DNA of 64,000 nt, from contig OZ251997.1 of assembly GCA_965247095.1 (NCBI GenBank), positions 2,560,001 to 2,624,000 on the forward strand. Reading direction: 5' to 3'. Under the pieces are notes generated by a model. The model was not told the DNA's origin, made no database searches, and was given only the letters and a program-made list of their open reading frames with translations. This DNA is from Candidatus Multivorans sp. (lineage in GTDB: Bacteria > Acidobacteriota > Thermoanaerobaculia > Multivoradales > Multivoraceae). The position numbers and the translations under genes are program-made. How positions within the stretch are numbered: the first letter of the stretch is position 1; each line of letters starts with the position of its first letter. Below, piece by piece: positions 49,570 through 59,691 of the stretch.

Positions 49570-52424
49570 CAGCGAGCGCGGGCGGCGCAAAACCGCCCGC
49601 ACGCCGGCGCTACCGACCGGCGATCGGCCCCAGGCTGAAACCGCTCCTGTGGGTGGTCTTCGGACTGTTCGCTCTGCTGGCGGTGAACTCGTTCTACCTC
49701 TCCGGCGTTCGCGTTGCCGAGGCGGCAACCGGCGCGACCTACCAGAACTGGTTCTACATCTCGATGTTTCTGCTTCACTTGGCGGTGGGGGGATTGTTCG
49801 TGGCGCCGGTGATCTGGTTCGGTCTGGCGCACATGCGGAACGCGCGCAATCGACCCAACCGGCGCGCGGTGAAGGTGGGGTATGCGCTGTTCGGGACGGC
49901 GCTCGTGCTCCTTCTGAGCGGCATCGTGCTGACGCGGATCGAGGGTGTGATCACGGTGAACGACCCGGCGGTCCGCGGCGTGGCCTACTGGCTGCACGTC
50001 CTGGCGCCCCTGGTAGCGGCCTGGCTGTTCGTGCTGCACCGGCTCGCCGGCAAGCGAATCAACTGGCGGATCGGTGCGCGCGTCGCGGCCGCCGCCGTGG
50101 TTCTGGTCGGCGTGGCGCTGGTGCTGCAGTTCCAGGATCCGCGGGCGTGGAACGTGGAAGGTCCGGAGTCGGGAGAGCAGTACTTCTTCCCGGCCCTGGC
50201 GCGCACCGCGAGCGGCGGGTTCATCCCCGAGCGGGTGTTGATGAACGACGCCTACTGCGTGGACTGCCATGCCGACATCCACGCTCGCTGGACCTACAGC
50301 GCCCACCGCTTCAGCTCCTTCAACAACCCCGCCTACAGTTTCTCCGTCCAGGAGACCCGCGACAAGGCGTACGAGCGTTCGGGCGACGTGCAGGCGTCCC
50401 GCTTCTGCGCCGGCTGCCACGATCCGGTGGTGTTCTTCTCGGGCGCCTTCGACGACCCGGAGTTCGACGTCGAGCAGCCGGCCGCGCACGCCGGCATCAC
50501 CTGCACGTCCTGCCACGCGATTACGCACATCAACAGTCCCCGCGGCAACGCCGACTACACGATCGAGGAGCCCCAGCACTACCCGTTTGCCTTCAGCGAC
50601 TCAGGGTTCCTCAAGTTCGTCAACCATCAACTGGTCAAGGCGAAACCGGAACTGCACAAACGGACCTTCCTCAAGCCCCTGCACACGACGGCGGAGTTCT
50701 GCGGCGCCTGCCACAAGGTCCACCTGCCCGAGGAGTTGAATCACTACAAGTTCCTGCGCGGCCAGAACCACTACGACTCGCACCTTCTCTCCGGCGTCTC
50801 GGGCCACGGCGTGGCGAGCTTCTACTACCCGCCCGAGGCCGAGCCGAACTGCAACGGCTGCCACATGGACCTGCTGCCGTCGGACGACTTCGGTTCTCGC
50901 CGCCACCCGGAGAGCGACCAGCCTGATGTCACCCAGGTTCACGATCACCTGTTCCCGTCCGCGAACACCGGCATCCCCCATCTGCTCGACTTCCCGGACT
51001 GGGTGATCGAGGCCCACCGCGAGTTCAACGAGGGCGCCGTCGACGTGGACATCTTCGGCGTCAAGCCGGGCGGCGCGATCGAGGACGAGCTGATCGCGCC
51101 GGTGCGCCCCGAGATACCGGCCCTCGAGGCGGGCGAGGACTATCTGCTGGAGGTCGTTGTACGCACCGTTGCCTTGGGGCATCACCTGACCCAGGGCACC
51201 GTTGACTCCAACCAGCTCTGGCTGGACATCGCGGTGCGCGACGACAGCGGCCGGCTGGTGGGGCGGAGCGGCGGTTTGGGCGAGGGCAACCGGGTCGACC
51301 CCTGGTCGCACTTCATCAACGTCTACATGCTCGACCGCGAGGGCGCGCGGATCGATCGCCGCAACGCCGAGGACATCTTCGTGCCGCTGTACGACCATCA
51401 GATCCCGCCGGGGGCGGGCGACGTGGTCCACTACCGGATGGAAGTACCGCCAGGGGCGGCCACCGGCAGCCTGACGGTCGAGGCCGCGCTCCGCTACCGC
51501 AAGTTCGACACGACGTACCTGCGCTACATCTACGGCGAGGACACGGTGAACGAACTGCCGATTCTCGACCTGGCCCGGGACACGGTGACCTTCCCGGTGG
51601 CGGGCGCCTCCGCCCCTGGGCACGCGGGCGTCTCGCCCGCATCCGGTCCGGAGGTCCGCCAACCCGCCAAGCCTCTCTGGCAGCGCTGGAACGACTACGG
51701 CATCGGCCTGCTGCGCAAGGGCGGCACCGGTCGCGGCGAACTGCGGCAGGCGATCGAAGCCTTCACCCGGGTCGAGGAGTTGGGCCGTCCCGACGGACCG
51801 CTCAACCTCGCCCGCGTCTACCTGGCGCAGGGCACCGTCACCGACGACGCGATCGCGGCGCTCGAGCGGGCCGCCACCTTCGACCCGGCGGCGCCGGCGT
51901 GGTCGGTGGCCTGGTTCACCGGGCTGGTCAACTTCCAGAACGGCGCCGTCGACGAGGCGATCGCCAACTTCCGCTCGATCCTCGACGCCGACAGCGAGGA
52001 GATGCGACGCCGCGGCTTCGACTTCAGCCGCGACGTGCGGCTGCAGAACCAGCTCGGTCTGGCTCTGTTCGAGCGCGCCAAGCGCGAGCGGGGCCCTGCC
52101 CGCGCCGAGGCGCGCGCGGCGCGGCTCAACGAGGCGCGGGAGTCGTTCGAGAGCGCTCTGGTCATCGACCCGGAGAACGTGACCGCCCACTACAACCTGG
52201 GTCTGATCTACGGCCAGCTTGGCGATCGCGAGGGCGCCGCCCGGCACCAGGAACTTCATGCGAAGTACAAGCCTGACGACAACGCCCGGGACCGGGCGAT
52301 CGCCACGGCCAGACGCGCCGACGCGGCGGCCGATCACGCGGCGGAGGCGATCGTGATCTACGACCTGCACCGGCCCGAGCGCTTCGAAGGCGACCGGGCC
52401 GGGGTCGCCGGAGCGGGCGGTTGA
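49566..52424 (+). CDS. Membrane-anchored multiheme cytochrome c with TPR repeats
   Basis: About 5 N-terminal TM segments; CVDCH, CAGCH, CTSCH, CGACH, CNGCH; WNDYGIGL and AHYNLGL TPR-like segments. Confidence 0.85.
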   Translation: MTASAGGAKPPARRRYRPAIGPRLKPLLWVVFGLFALLAVNSFYLSGVRVAEAATGATYQNWFYISMFLLHLAVGGLFVAPVIWFGLAHMRNARNRPNRRAVKVGYALFGTALVLLLSGIVLTRIEGVITVNDPAVRGVAYWLHVLAPLVAAWLFVLHRLAGKRINWRIGARVAAAAVVLVGVALVLQFQDPRAWNVEGPESGEQYFFPALARTASGGFIPERVLMNDAYCVDCHADIHARWTYSAHRFSSFNNPAYSFSVQETRDKAYERSGDVQASRFCAGCHDPVVFFSGAFDDPEFDVEQPAAHAGITCTSCHAITHINSPRGNADYTIEEPQHYPFAFSDSGFLKFVNHQLVKAKPELHKRTFLKPLHTTAEFCGACHKVHLPEELNHYKFLRGQNHYDSHLLSGVSGHGVASFYYPPEAEPNCNGCHMDLLPSDDFGSRRHPESDQPDVTQVHDHLFPSANTGIPHLLDFPDWVIEAHREFNEGAVDVDIFGVKPGGAIEDELIAPVRPEIPALEAGEDYLLEVVVRTVALGHHLTQGTVDSNQLWLDIAVRDDSGRLVGRSGGLGEGNRVDPWSHFINVYMLDREGARIDRRNAEDIFVPLYDHQIPPGAGDVVHYRMEVPPGAATGSLTVEAALRYRKFDTTYLRYIYGEDTVNELPILDLARDTVTFPVAGASAPGHAGVSPASGPEVRQPAKPLWQRWNDYGIGLLRKGGTGRGELRQAIEAFTRVEELGRPDGPLNLARVYLAQGTVTDDAIAALERAATFDPAAPAWSVAWFTGLVNFQNGAVDEAIANFRSILDADSEEMRRRGFDFSRDVRLQNQLGLALFERAKRERGPARAEARAARLNEARESFESALVIDPENVTAHYNLGLIYGQLGDREGAARHQELHAKYKPDDNARDRAIATARRADAAADHAAEAIVIYDLHRPERFEGDRAGVAGAGG
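51618..51646. repeat. REP hairpin copy inside a CDS
   Basis: GGGCACGCGGGCGTCTCGCCCGCATCCGG matches the end of repeat copy B (20766-20793). Confidence 0.7.
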
Positions 52425-54286
52425 CTCCCGACCGGCCGGACGAAGAACTCGTAGCCGAGGACGACGCGGTCATCGGCCGCGTATTCGCTCGTTCCCTCAA
52501 GGTACTGGCGGCGCTGGCCGTTGCCGCGCTTCTCGTGTTCGCGCTCCGTGTCGTCTTCCGGGCGGCGCCCGAGGAGGCGAGGGAGATCCCGGTCGAGGCG
52601 CCGCGGGCCGTGGCGGCGGCGCCGGAGGTTCCGGTCATCTCCTTCACGGACGTCACGGCGGAGGCCGGCATCGACTTCGTCCATGTCAACGGCGCCGAGG
52701 GCGATGCCCTGTTGCCGGAGACGATGGGTTCGGGCGCGGCCTTCTTCGACTTCGACCGCGACAGCGACCAGGACCTGCTGCTGGTCAACTCGACCGGGTG
52801 GAAGGCGGCGCCGGAGACCGGCCCGACGATGGCGCTGTACGAGAACGACGGCGCCGGGCGGTTTGCCGACCGGACCGCCGCACTCGGTCTGGCGACGAGC
52901 TTCTACGGCACCGGCGTTGCGGTCGGCGACGTGGACAGCGACGGCTGGGTCGATCTGTTCATCTCCGCGGTGGGGCCGAACCGCCTGTTCCGGAACGTGG
53001 AAGGAGCTCGCTTCGAGGACGTGACCGTGAGGGCGGGCGTGGCCGGCGCCGCCTCGGAGTGGAGCAGCAGCAGCGCCTTCTTCGACGCGGACGGAGACGG
53101 CGACCTCGACCTCCTGGTCGGCAACTACGTGCGCTGGTCGCGCGAGATCGACATCGAGGTCGGCTACCAGTTGACCGGAGTTGGGCGCGCCTACGGGCAG
53201 CCGGTCAACTACGGCGGCACGACCATGGACCTCTACCGGAACGACGGCTCGGGCGTCTTCGTCGATGTCTCGGAGGATGCCGGATTGCACATCCTGAACC
53301 CGGCCTCGGATGCGCCGGTGGCGAAGACGCTGGGGCTGGCGCCGGTCGACATCGAGGGCGACGGCGATGTCGACGTGCTGGTCGCGAACGACACGGTGCG
53401 GAACTTCCTGCTCGTGAACGACGGCAGCGGCGTCTTCACCGAGGAGGGAGGGAACTACGGCCTGGCCTACAGCCGCGACGGCGCGGCGACCGGCGCGATG
53501 GGCGCCGATGCCGCCGATTTCCGCAACGACGGCGAACTCGGCTTCGCGATCGCGAACTTCGCCAACGAGATGACCTCGCTCTACGTCTCCCAGGGCGATC
53601 CGACGCTGTTCAGCGACGAGGCGATCACCGCCGGCATCGGCGCGCCGAGCCGCCGCGTGCTCAGCTTCGGCCTCTTCTTCTTCGACTACGACCTGGACGG
53701 CCGGTTGGACCTGCTCCAGGTCAACGGCCATCTCGAGGACGACATTGAGGTCGTGGAACCCAGCCAGCGCTACCGGCAGCCGCCGCAGTTGTTCTGGAAC
53801 GCCGGCTCAGGAGCGGCGTCGACCTTCGTGCCGGTCACGCCGGCGCCCGGCGACGGTCTGACCCGCGAGCTGGTCGGCCGGGGCTCGACCTACGCCGACA
53901 TCGACGGCGACGGCGACCTGGACATCCTGCTGCTCCAGACCGGCGACCGGCCGCTGCTGCTGCGCAACGACCAGAAGACCGGCCACCGCTGGCTGCGGTT
54001 CCGTTTGCGCGGCGACGGCGAGCGCGTCAACCGCGACGCGATCGGTTCCTGGGTTGAGGTCGAAGAGCGGACCACGGCTGGGCCTGTGGTGCAGCGGCGC
54101 CGCGTCATGCCGACCCGCAGCTACCAGAGCCAGGTCGAGCCGGTGGTGACGATCGGCCTGGGCGCCGCGTCGTCGGTCGACGACCTGGTGCGGATCGACG
54201 TGGTCTGGCCCGACGGTACCCGGCAGGCAGTCGAAGTCAACGGCCTCGACCGGGTCGTCGAGGTCGAGTACGGGTCTCCGAACTAG
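52421..54286 (+). CDS. CRTAC1 / ASPIC-UnbV family FG-GAP repeat protein
   Basis: ETMGSGAAFFDFD, repeated DxDxDG motifs, GRGSTYADIDGDGDLD, NRDAIG, RSYQSQ. Confidence 0.88.
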   Translation: MTPDRPDEELVAEDDAVIGRVFARSLKVLAALAVAALLVFALRVVFRAAPEEAREIPVEAPRAVAAAPEVPVISFTDVTAEAGIDFVHVNGAEGDALLPETMGSGAAFFDFDRDSDQDLLLVNSTGWKAAPETGPTMALYENDGAGRFADRTAALGLATSFYGTGVAVGDVDSDGWVDLFISAVGPNRLFRNVEGARFEDVTVRAGVAGAASEWSSSSAFFDADGDGDLDLLVGNYVRWSREIDIEVGYQLTGVGRAYGQPVNYGGTTMDLYRNDGSGVFVDVSEDAGLHILNPASDAPVAKTLGLAPVDIEGDGDVDVLVANDTVRNFLLVNDGSGVFTEEGGNYGLAYSRDGAATGAMGADAADFRNDGELGFAIANFANEMTSLYVSQGDPTLFSDEAITAGIGAPSRRVLSFGLFFFDYDLDGRLDLLQVNGHLEDDIEVVEPSQRYRQPPQLFWNAGSGAASTFVPVTPAPGDGLTRELVGRGSTYADIDGDGDLDILLLQTGDRPLLLRNDQKTGHRWLRFRLRGDGERVNRDAIGSWVEVEERTTAGPVVQRRRVMPTRSYQSQVEPVVTIGLGAASSVDDLVRIDVVWPDGTRQAVEVNGLDRVVEVEYGSPN

Positions 54287-54319
54287 CTGCTAGCCATAGC
54301 CAGGGCACCGGGAACCCGG

Positions 54320-54757
54320 GTCATCGACCTTGCCGGCGCCTACGTGCTGCCGGGTCTGTGGAACAACCACTCCCATCTCGGCGACCTGCTGCCGGACCCG
54401 AAGGGCCTGCTGCCCAACGAACCGCTGCTTCGGGCCTCGATTCGCGCCGGCCGCAACGCGATGCACGCGCTCAAGGCCGGGATTCTCGAGATCGAGCAGC
54501 TCGCCTTCCACGGAATTCCGGCCATGGGCGCCATCCAGGCCGCGACCCGAAACAGCGCCGAGATGATGGGAATGCTGGACGATCTGGGCACGGTCGAGGT
54601 CGGCAAGCTGGCCGATCTGATCGTGCTCGAGAAGAACCCGCTCGAGCACATCTCGCACATGCGCAGCCTGTCCATGGTGATCAAGGACGGCAAGATCGTG
54701 AATCGCTCGAGAGACGAGGGGCAGGCCAGCTTCTGGGAGCTCTACCTGCAGGAGTGA
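54320..54757 (+). pseudogene. Amidohydrolase remnant (5' truncated, internal deletion)
   Basis: IDLAGAYVLPGLWNNHSH...ALKAG joined to EIEQLAFHG...GTVEVGKLADLIVL; the catalytic core is missing. Confidence 0.75.
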
Positions 54758-54952
54758 GGAGCGGCGCGGTGAACCTACCGCCCGGACGACGTGCCCGAGG
54801 TGTTCCGGGAGCACTTCGTCAAGTACACGTACTTCGAAGGGCCGAACGGCAAGCGGATCCACATCCTGGCTTCGGACGGCTGGACCCGCGACCAGATCAA
54901 GCACGGCCGCAACGTGATGCGGTCCGCAGGAGGAGTCGGGTACCGTTGCGGC

Positions 54953-55552
54953 ATGCAGGAAGCCAGCGAACGCCTTGCGCAGCAGATTCGGTTTCTGGTC
55001 GAAGCCGACCGCCTCAAGCAGGTGCTGCGGCGCACCTCCATCGTTGGAAACGACCGCCGGGAGAACTCCGCGGAGCACTCGTGGCAGTTGGCCTTGATGG
55101 CCCTGGTGCTGGCGGAACACGCGGCCTTCAAGGGGCTCGATCAGCTCAAGGTGCTCAAGATGCTGGTCGTGCACGATCTGGTGGAGATCGATGCCGGCGA
55201 TACGTTCGTCTACGACGCGGTGGGTGTAGAGGACCAGGAGGAGCGCGAGGAGCGTGCTGCCGACCGCATCTTCGGGCTGTTGCCGGACGAGACGGGGGCC
55301 GAGTTGCGCGCCCTCTGGGACGAGTTCGAGGCGCGGCAGAGTCCGGAAGCGAAGTTCGCCAAGGCGATGGACCGCCTGCAGCCGATGCTGCTCAACTACG
55401 TGAACGGCGGCGGTGTCTGGCGGAAGCACGGCGTGCGGGCGGACCAGGTACGGGAGATCAACTGCTGTATCGAAGATGGCGCGCCCGAGCTGTGGCGTTA
55501 CGCCGAGGAACTGATCGAAGACGCGGTACGGCGCGAGTACCTGGCCCCTTGA
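54953..55552 (+). CDS. HD-domain protein (HDDC2/YfbR-like 5'-deoxynucleotidase)
   Basis: DRLKQVLR, ENSAEHSW, VHDLVEIDAGD, LWDEFE, DRLQP. Confidence 0.88.
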   Translation: MQEASERLAQQIRFLVEADRLKQVLRRTSIVGNDRRENSAEHSWQLALMALVLAEHAAFKGLDQLKVLKMLVVHDLVEIDAGDTFVYDAVGVEDQEEREERAADRIFGLLPDETGAELRALWDEFEARQSPEAKFAKAMDRLQPMLLNYVNGGGVWRKHGVRADQVREINCCIEDGAPELWRYAEELIEDAVRREYLAP

Positions 55553-55636
55553 GGCCGCCGCGAGCCGGCCGCCACGGCCTGACCGGGCGCGGATGACGCA
55601 ACAAGAGCAGCTATGACGCCGCAAGGAGGACGAACC

Positions 55637-56254
55637 ATGAAGCCTCGAAACTGCCAACGTCTCGCCTCGGTGCTGTTGGTCTGCGTGATCGTTGTTGCCT
55701 GCGGCGCGGCGCCGGACGAAGGCGCTGGCGCCGCCGATGCGACCGAGCCGGCGACAAGCGAACTCGCCTGGGTCAAGAAGGTGATGGTCCACGGCGTTCC
55801 GATCCTGGCGGAGACGATTCGGGCCGGCCTGACGCCGCGCGAGATCATTCGGGACTACACCCGCAAGTTCGAGGAGGCCGGGATCGTCGTCCGCGACAAC
55901 CAGCTCCACATGGTGACCCCGAAGAACGACTTCCCGGCCTATGCGACCGGCTTCGACGCCGCGAAGACCCACATCTCGATCGACTCCCACGGGCAGATGA
56001 AGGGCGCCCGCCCCGAGTCGGTCGAGACCTACTTCGGCCCCCGGATCGGCTCCCTGGGCCCGGATTGGTCGAAGGAGATCCCGCTCGCTCCGTACCACCA
56101 CTTCGTCATCGAGTACTTCTTCTACATGCCTTCGCCGGCGCCCGAGGGGCAGGACCAGTACCTCCTGTGGTGGGACCACGAGGAAGCGTTGGCGACGGAG
56201 GACGGCATCGAGTACCTGTCGCCGCCGCAGAAGGAACTCATCCTGGTCCGCTGA
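55637..56254 (+). pseudogene. Lipoprotein signal fused to the C-terminal part of an M24 peptidase-like fold (probable internal deletion)
   Basis: VVAC lipobox followed directly by IRAGLT...DSHG...GPRIG...FVIE...HEEAL...PPQKELILVR. Confidence 0.55.
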
Positions 56255-57733
56255 TCACACCAGCAACTTCTCCAGCCGCGCCACCACGTCCGGCTTGGCG
56301 GCGGCGATGTTCTCGTCCTCGAGCGGGTCCGCCTCCAGGTCGAACAGCTCCTTCTCCTCCTGGAAGCCGTCGACCAGCTTGTAGCGGTGGTCCTGGACCA
56401 GGCGGAAGCGCCCGCTCGCTGCGTTACCCGACTGGAGAGCGGAGCGGACGTACTCGCGGTGCTCGCCCGCACCGGCATCGAGCAGCGGGCGCAGTGACCG
56501 GCTCTGCATCTCCTCGGGAACCCCGGCCTCGCCATAGTCCAGGCTGGTCGCGGCCAGGTCCATCAGCGAGACGAGCGCGTCGCTGCGGACGCCGCTGGCG
56601 ATACCCGGCCCGGCCATGACCATGGGGACCTTCCATGAGGCCTCATGGGGCAGGCCCTTGCCCCAGTAGTCGTGGTCGCCGAGCATCTCGCCGTGGTCGC
56701 TGGTGTAGATCACGATCGTGTCCTCCAGTTCGCCACGCTCGGTCAACCGCTCCTGGTAGAGCCCGATCCAGCGGTCGATGTTCTCGATCATCGCCGCGTA
56801 GTTCTGGCGGATGCGGATGTGATGTTCCGGCGTGAACGGAGACGGCGGCGCCAGCATTTGTCCAACGCGCGCAATGCCCTGGTAGTTGTGCGGCTGCGGG
56901 AAGTCCTCGATCACCCGATCCGGCCCTCGGTACTCCCGTTCCATGCGCTCGGTGATGTCCATGGGCGGATGCGGCCCGTTGAAGTTCACGTGCAGGAACC
57001 AGGGGCTTCCGTCGGGGACGCCGTCGAGCAGCTCCATGCCGGTGCGCGCCGTGTAGTTGTCCTTGTAGGCGTGGTCGCCGATCGGTGTCGGGTCCGTCAT
57101 CCCCCACCAGTTGACGTGCCGGGGAAGGCGCCGCTCGCTGATGTCCGCGTTGTGGATGTCCTTGAGCGGCGGGTCGAGCGAATCGAGCCAGAACCCGTAG
57201 GGCTCCGTGTCTCCGCCGTTCTTGCTGCCGGTGATCAGCATGTCGGAGAAGCCCCACTCCTCCATGTGCAGCTTCCCGTCCGGACGCCGGCCGTCGGGAC
57301 CCTTGTGGAGATCGATCTTGCCGCAGCCCATCGTGTGGTAGCCGCTGTCGTGGAGGTGCTTGAAGAAGGTCGGCCGGAGCGCCGCGTTGTACTCGTCGCG
57401 GTTCCGTTCGACGGTGCAGTTCTCGTACTCCATGCCGGACGCCAGGCACGACCGCGAGGGTCCGCACACCGGCGCCGGCACGACCGCCTGGGTGAAGTCG
57501 ACGCCCCGGGACGCTAAGGCGTCCAGGTGCGGCGTCGGCACCGGAATGTCCGGGTTCCGCCCCACCCAGTCGAACCGGTGCTGGTCCGAGATGAGAAGCA
57601 GGATGTTCGGGCGCTTGATGGCCCGTGGCCCCGGTGTCTGCGCGCCGCCGCAGCCGGTGAGAGCGGCCGCGGTTGCCGCGGCGCCGGCAGTCAGAACCTC
57701 GCGGCGGGAGAGAAGGTGGTTGCGACGGTTCAT
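56255..57733 (-). CDS. Sulfatase, Tat-exported
   Basis: SRREVL Tat motif, PNILLLISDQHR, CGPSR, TSDHGEMLGDH. Confidence 0.9.
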   Translation of the reverse strand: MNRRNHLLSRREVLTAGAAATAAALTGCGGAQTPGPRAIKRPNILLLISDQHRFDWVGRNPDIPVPTPHLDALASRGVDFTQAVVPAPVCGPSRSCLASGMEYENCTVERNRDEYNAALRPTFFKHLHDSGYHTMGCGKIDLHKGPDGRRPDGKLHMEEWGFSDMLITGSKNGGDTEPYGFWLDSLDPPLKDIHNADISERRLPRHVNWWGMTDPTPIGDHAYKDNYTARTGMELLDGVPDGSPWFLHVNFNGPHPPMDITERMEREYRGPDRVIEDFPQPHNYQGIARVGQMLAPPSPFTPEHHIRIRQNYAAMIENIDRWIGLYQERLTERGELEDTIVIYTSDHGEMLGDHDYWGKGLPHEASWKVPMVMAGPGIASGVRSDALVSLMDLAATSLDYGEAGVPEEMQSRSLRPLLDAGAGEHREYVRSALQSGNAASGRFRLVQDHRYKLVDGFQEEKELFDLEADPLEDENIAAAKPDVVARLEKLLV

Positions 57734-57849
57734 GTCGACTCCTTGCCTGGCAGCTACGGCCTGTCTATTCTTGTGGGAACTTCCTACAATGTTAGCAGGC
57801 GGTGGTTGTGTCTCGTTGAGATCCGACGCCGGCGCTGGAGGTAAGCGGC

Positions 57850-59322
57850 ATGAGCGACAAGAGCACCCGGCGCAAGTTCCTGCGCCAGTCGTCGACCCTG
57901 GTCGCCGGCAGCGGTCTGGCGGGTCTCGCCGCCTGTGCCGATCCGAACTCCCAGATACCGGCCGACGCCGCGGGACGCCGGCCGAACTTCCTGTTCTTCT
58001 TTCCCGATCAGCACCGGTACGACTGGATCGGTCTCGACAACTACGCAGTACCGCTGTCGACGCCGCACATGGCACGGCTCGCGCGGACCGGGGTCAACTT
58101 CACCTCCGCCGTGTGCGCGGCGCCGACCTGCGCTCCCTCGCGCGCCTGCCTCGCGTCCGGCATGGAGTACGACCGCTGCGGTGTGCCGGACAACAGCTAC
58201 GACTATCTCGTCGACCGGCCCACCTACTACGGTCTGCTCCGCGATGCGGGCTACCACACGATGGCCTGCGGCAAGCTCGATCTATCCAAGGGGAGCAGCG
58301 ACTGGGGGCTCGAGGGAACGAACCGCGCCGACGCCTGGGGCTTCTCGGCGATGATCAACAACGCCGGCAAGGGCGCGGGCATGTCCTACCTGCGGGAACC
58401 GGTCGGTCCGAGTGACCCGTACTACGGCTTTCTGGACGCTCTCGAACCGCCGCAGGGGCGGCTCTGCGCCGAGGACATGGCCCGGCGCAACGCCACCAGG
58501 CCGGAGGGTTGGTGGGGAGACACAAGCCCCTCACCCCTCGACCCGGACGCCTACTGCGACAACTGGCTCGCCCGCAACGGCCTCGACCTCCTCGATCAGG
58601 CGCCGGCCGACAAGCCCTGGCACCTGGTGGTGAACTTCGTCGGTCCACACCCGCCGATGGACATCACGCGGGAGATGGAGCGCAAGGTGCGTGGCCAGGA
58701 ACGCGTCCTCGACGGACTGGGCCTGCCGCACCACTACACCGGCTCGTTCACGGCCGAGCAGCACCTGGGCTCGCGCCAGAACTACGCCGCGATGATCGAG
58801 AACATCGACATGTGGCTTGGCCTGTACGTCGACATGCTGGAGGAGAAGGGGCAGCTCGACAACACCATCATCGTCTACTCCTCCGATCACGGCGAGATGC
58901 TCGGCGAGCACGGGCGCTGGGGCAAGGGGGTGCCGTACCGGGCATCTGTCGGCGTGCCGCTGCTCCTGGCGGGACCCGGAGTCCGGCAAGGCTTCCAGAC
59001 TGGCACGCCGGTCTCGATCATGGACCTCGCGGCGACCTTCCTCGACTACGGCGGCGTAGACGTCCCGGGCGAGATGGATAGCCGCTCGCTCCGGCCGTTG
59101 CTCGAAGGCTCGACCGACAGCCACCGCGAGGTCGTGCTCTCCGGCCTGCGGGACTTCAGGATGGCGTGGGACGGCCGCTACAAGCTGGTCCGTGACTACG
59201 GCGACGAAGAGTGGCGGCTGTGGGACCTTCTGGCCGACCCGGAGGAGTCGCGGAACCTGGCTTCCTGGCAGCCGGACCAGGTGCGACGGCTGAGGGAGTG
59301 GTTGCCGCAGCGGCGCGCCTGA
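57850..59322 (+). CDS. Sulfatase, Tat-exported
   Basis: TRRKFL, PNFLFFFPDQHR, CAPSR, SSDHGEMLGEH. Confidence 0.9.
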   Translation: MSDKSTRRKFLRQSSTLVAGSGLAGLAACADPNSQIPADAAGRRPNFLFFFPDQHRYDWIGLDNYAVPLSTPHMARLARTGVNFTSAVCAAPTCAPSRACLASGMEYDRCGVPDNSYDYLVDRPTYYGLLRDAGYHTMACGKLDLSKGSSDWGLEGTNRADAWGFSAMINNAGKGAGMSYLREPVGPSDPYYGFLDALEPPQGRLCAEDMARRNATRPEGWWGDTSPSPLDPDAYCDNWLARNGLDLLDQAPADKPWHLVVNFVGPHPPMDITREMERKVRGQERVLDGLGLPHHYTGSFTAEQHLGSRQNYAAMIENIDMWLGLYVDMLEEKGQLDNTIIVYSSDHGEMLGEHGRWGKGVPYRASVGVPLLLAGPGVRQGFQTGTPVSIMDLAATFLDYGGVDVPGEMDSRSLRPLLEGSTDSHREVVLSGLRDFRMAWDGRYKLVRDYGDEEWRLWDLLADPEESRNLASWQPDQVRRLREWLPQRRA

Positions 59323-59371
59323 GGGTCCGAGGGCTCGGTTCGATCCTGGGCCGACGTGTCCAGGTGGACCA

Positions 59372-59647
59372 TCACGGACCCGTTTCCCGGCGCCATCCGA
59401 ATCTGCGGGAGGCGCGGATCTCCCGGAGTTCGGCGTTTGTTTCCTCTCTGGGCCGCGTGGGCGGTGCCTCGCGGAGGCGGGTGATCACTTTCAACATGCG
59501 AAGATGCTCGACCTCGCTCAGCCGGTCGGCCCGGGCTGCGAAGTCGGCTACCGCCTCGCGGACGACCTGACTCTGCGGTTTGCCGAGTCGCTCTGCCGTG
59601 CGGCGGATGCGGCGGACCGTCGCATCATCGAGGGAATACGTGACCAT
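59372..59647 (-). CDS. CopG/ribbon-helix-helix protein, probable antitoxin
   Basis: MVTYSLDDATVRRI...GKPQSQVVREAV; TGATG-coupled to a stub reading MVHLDTS. Confidence 0.75.
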   Translation of the reverse strand: MVTYSLDDATVRRIRRTAERLGKPQSQVVREAVADFAARADRLSEVEHLRMLKVITRLREAPPTRPREETNAELREIRASRRFGWRRETGP

Positions 59648-59691
59648 GACCACAACGCGGCAAATCCTGCCATAGCTGCCGGTGGATTCAC

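Noticed and set aside
54791-55552. Novel N-terminal domain on the HD protein
   Set aside because: The extension looks like a fragment of a deleted neighbouring gene that happens to be in frame; the HD protein has its own start at 54953.
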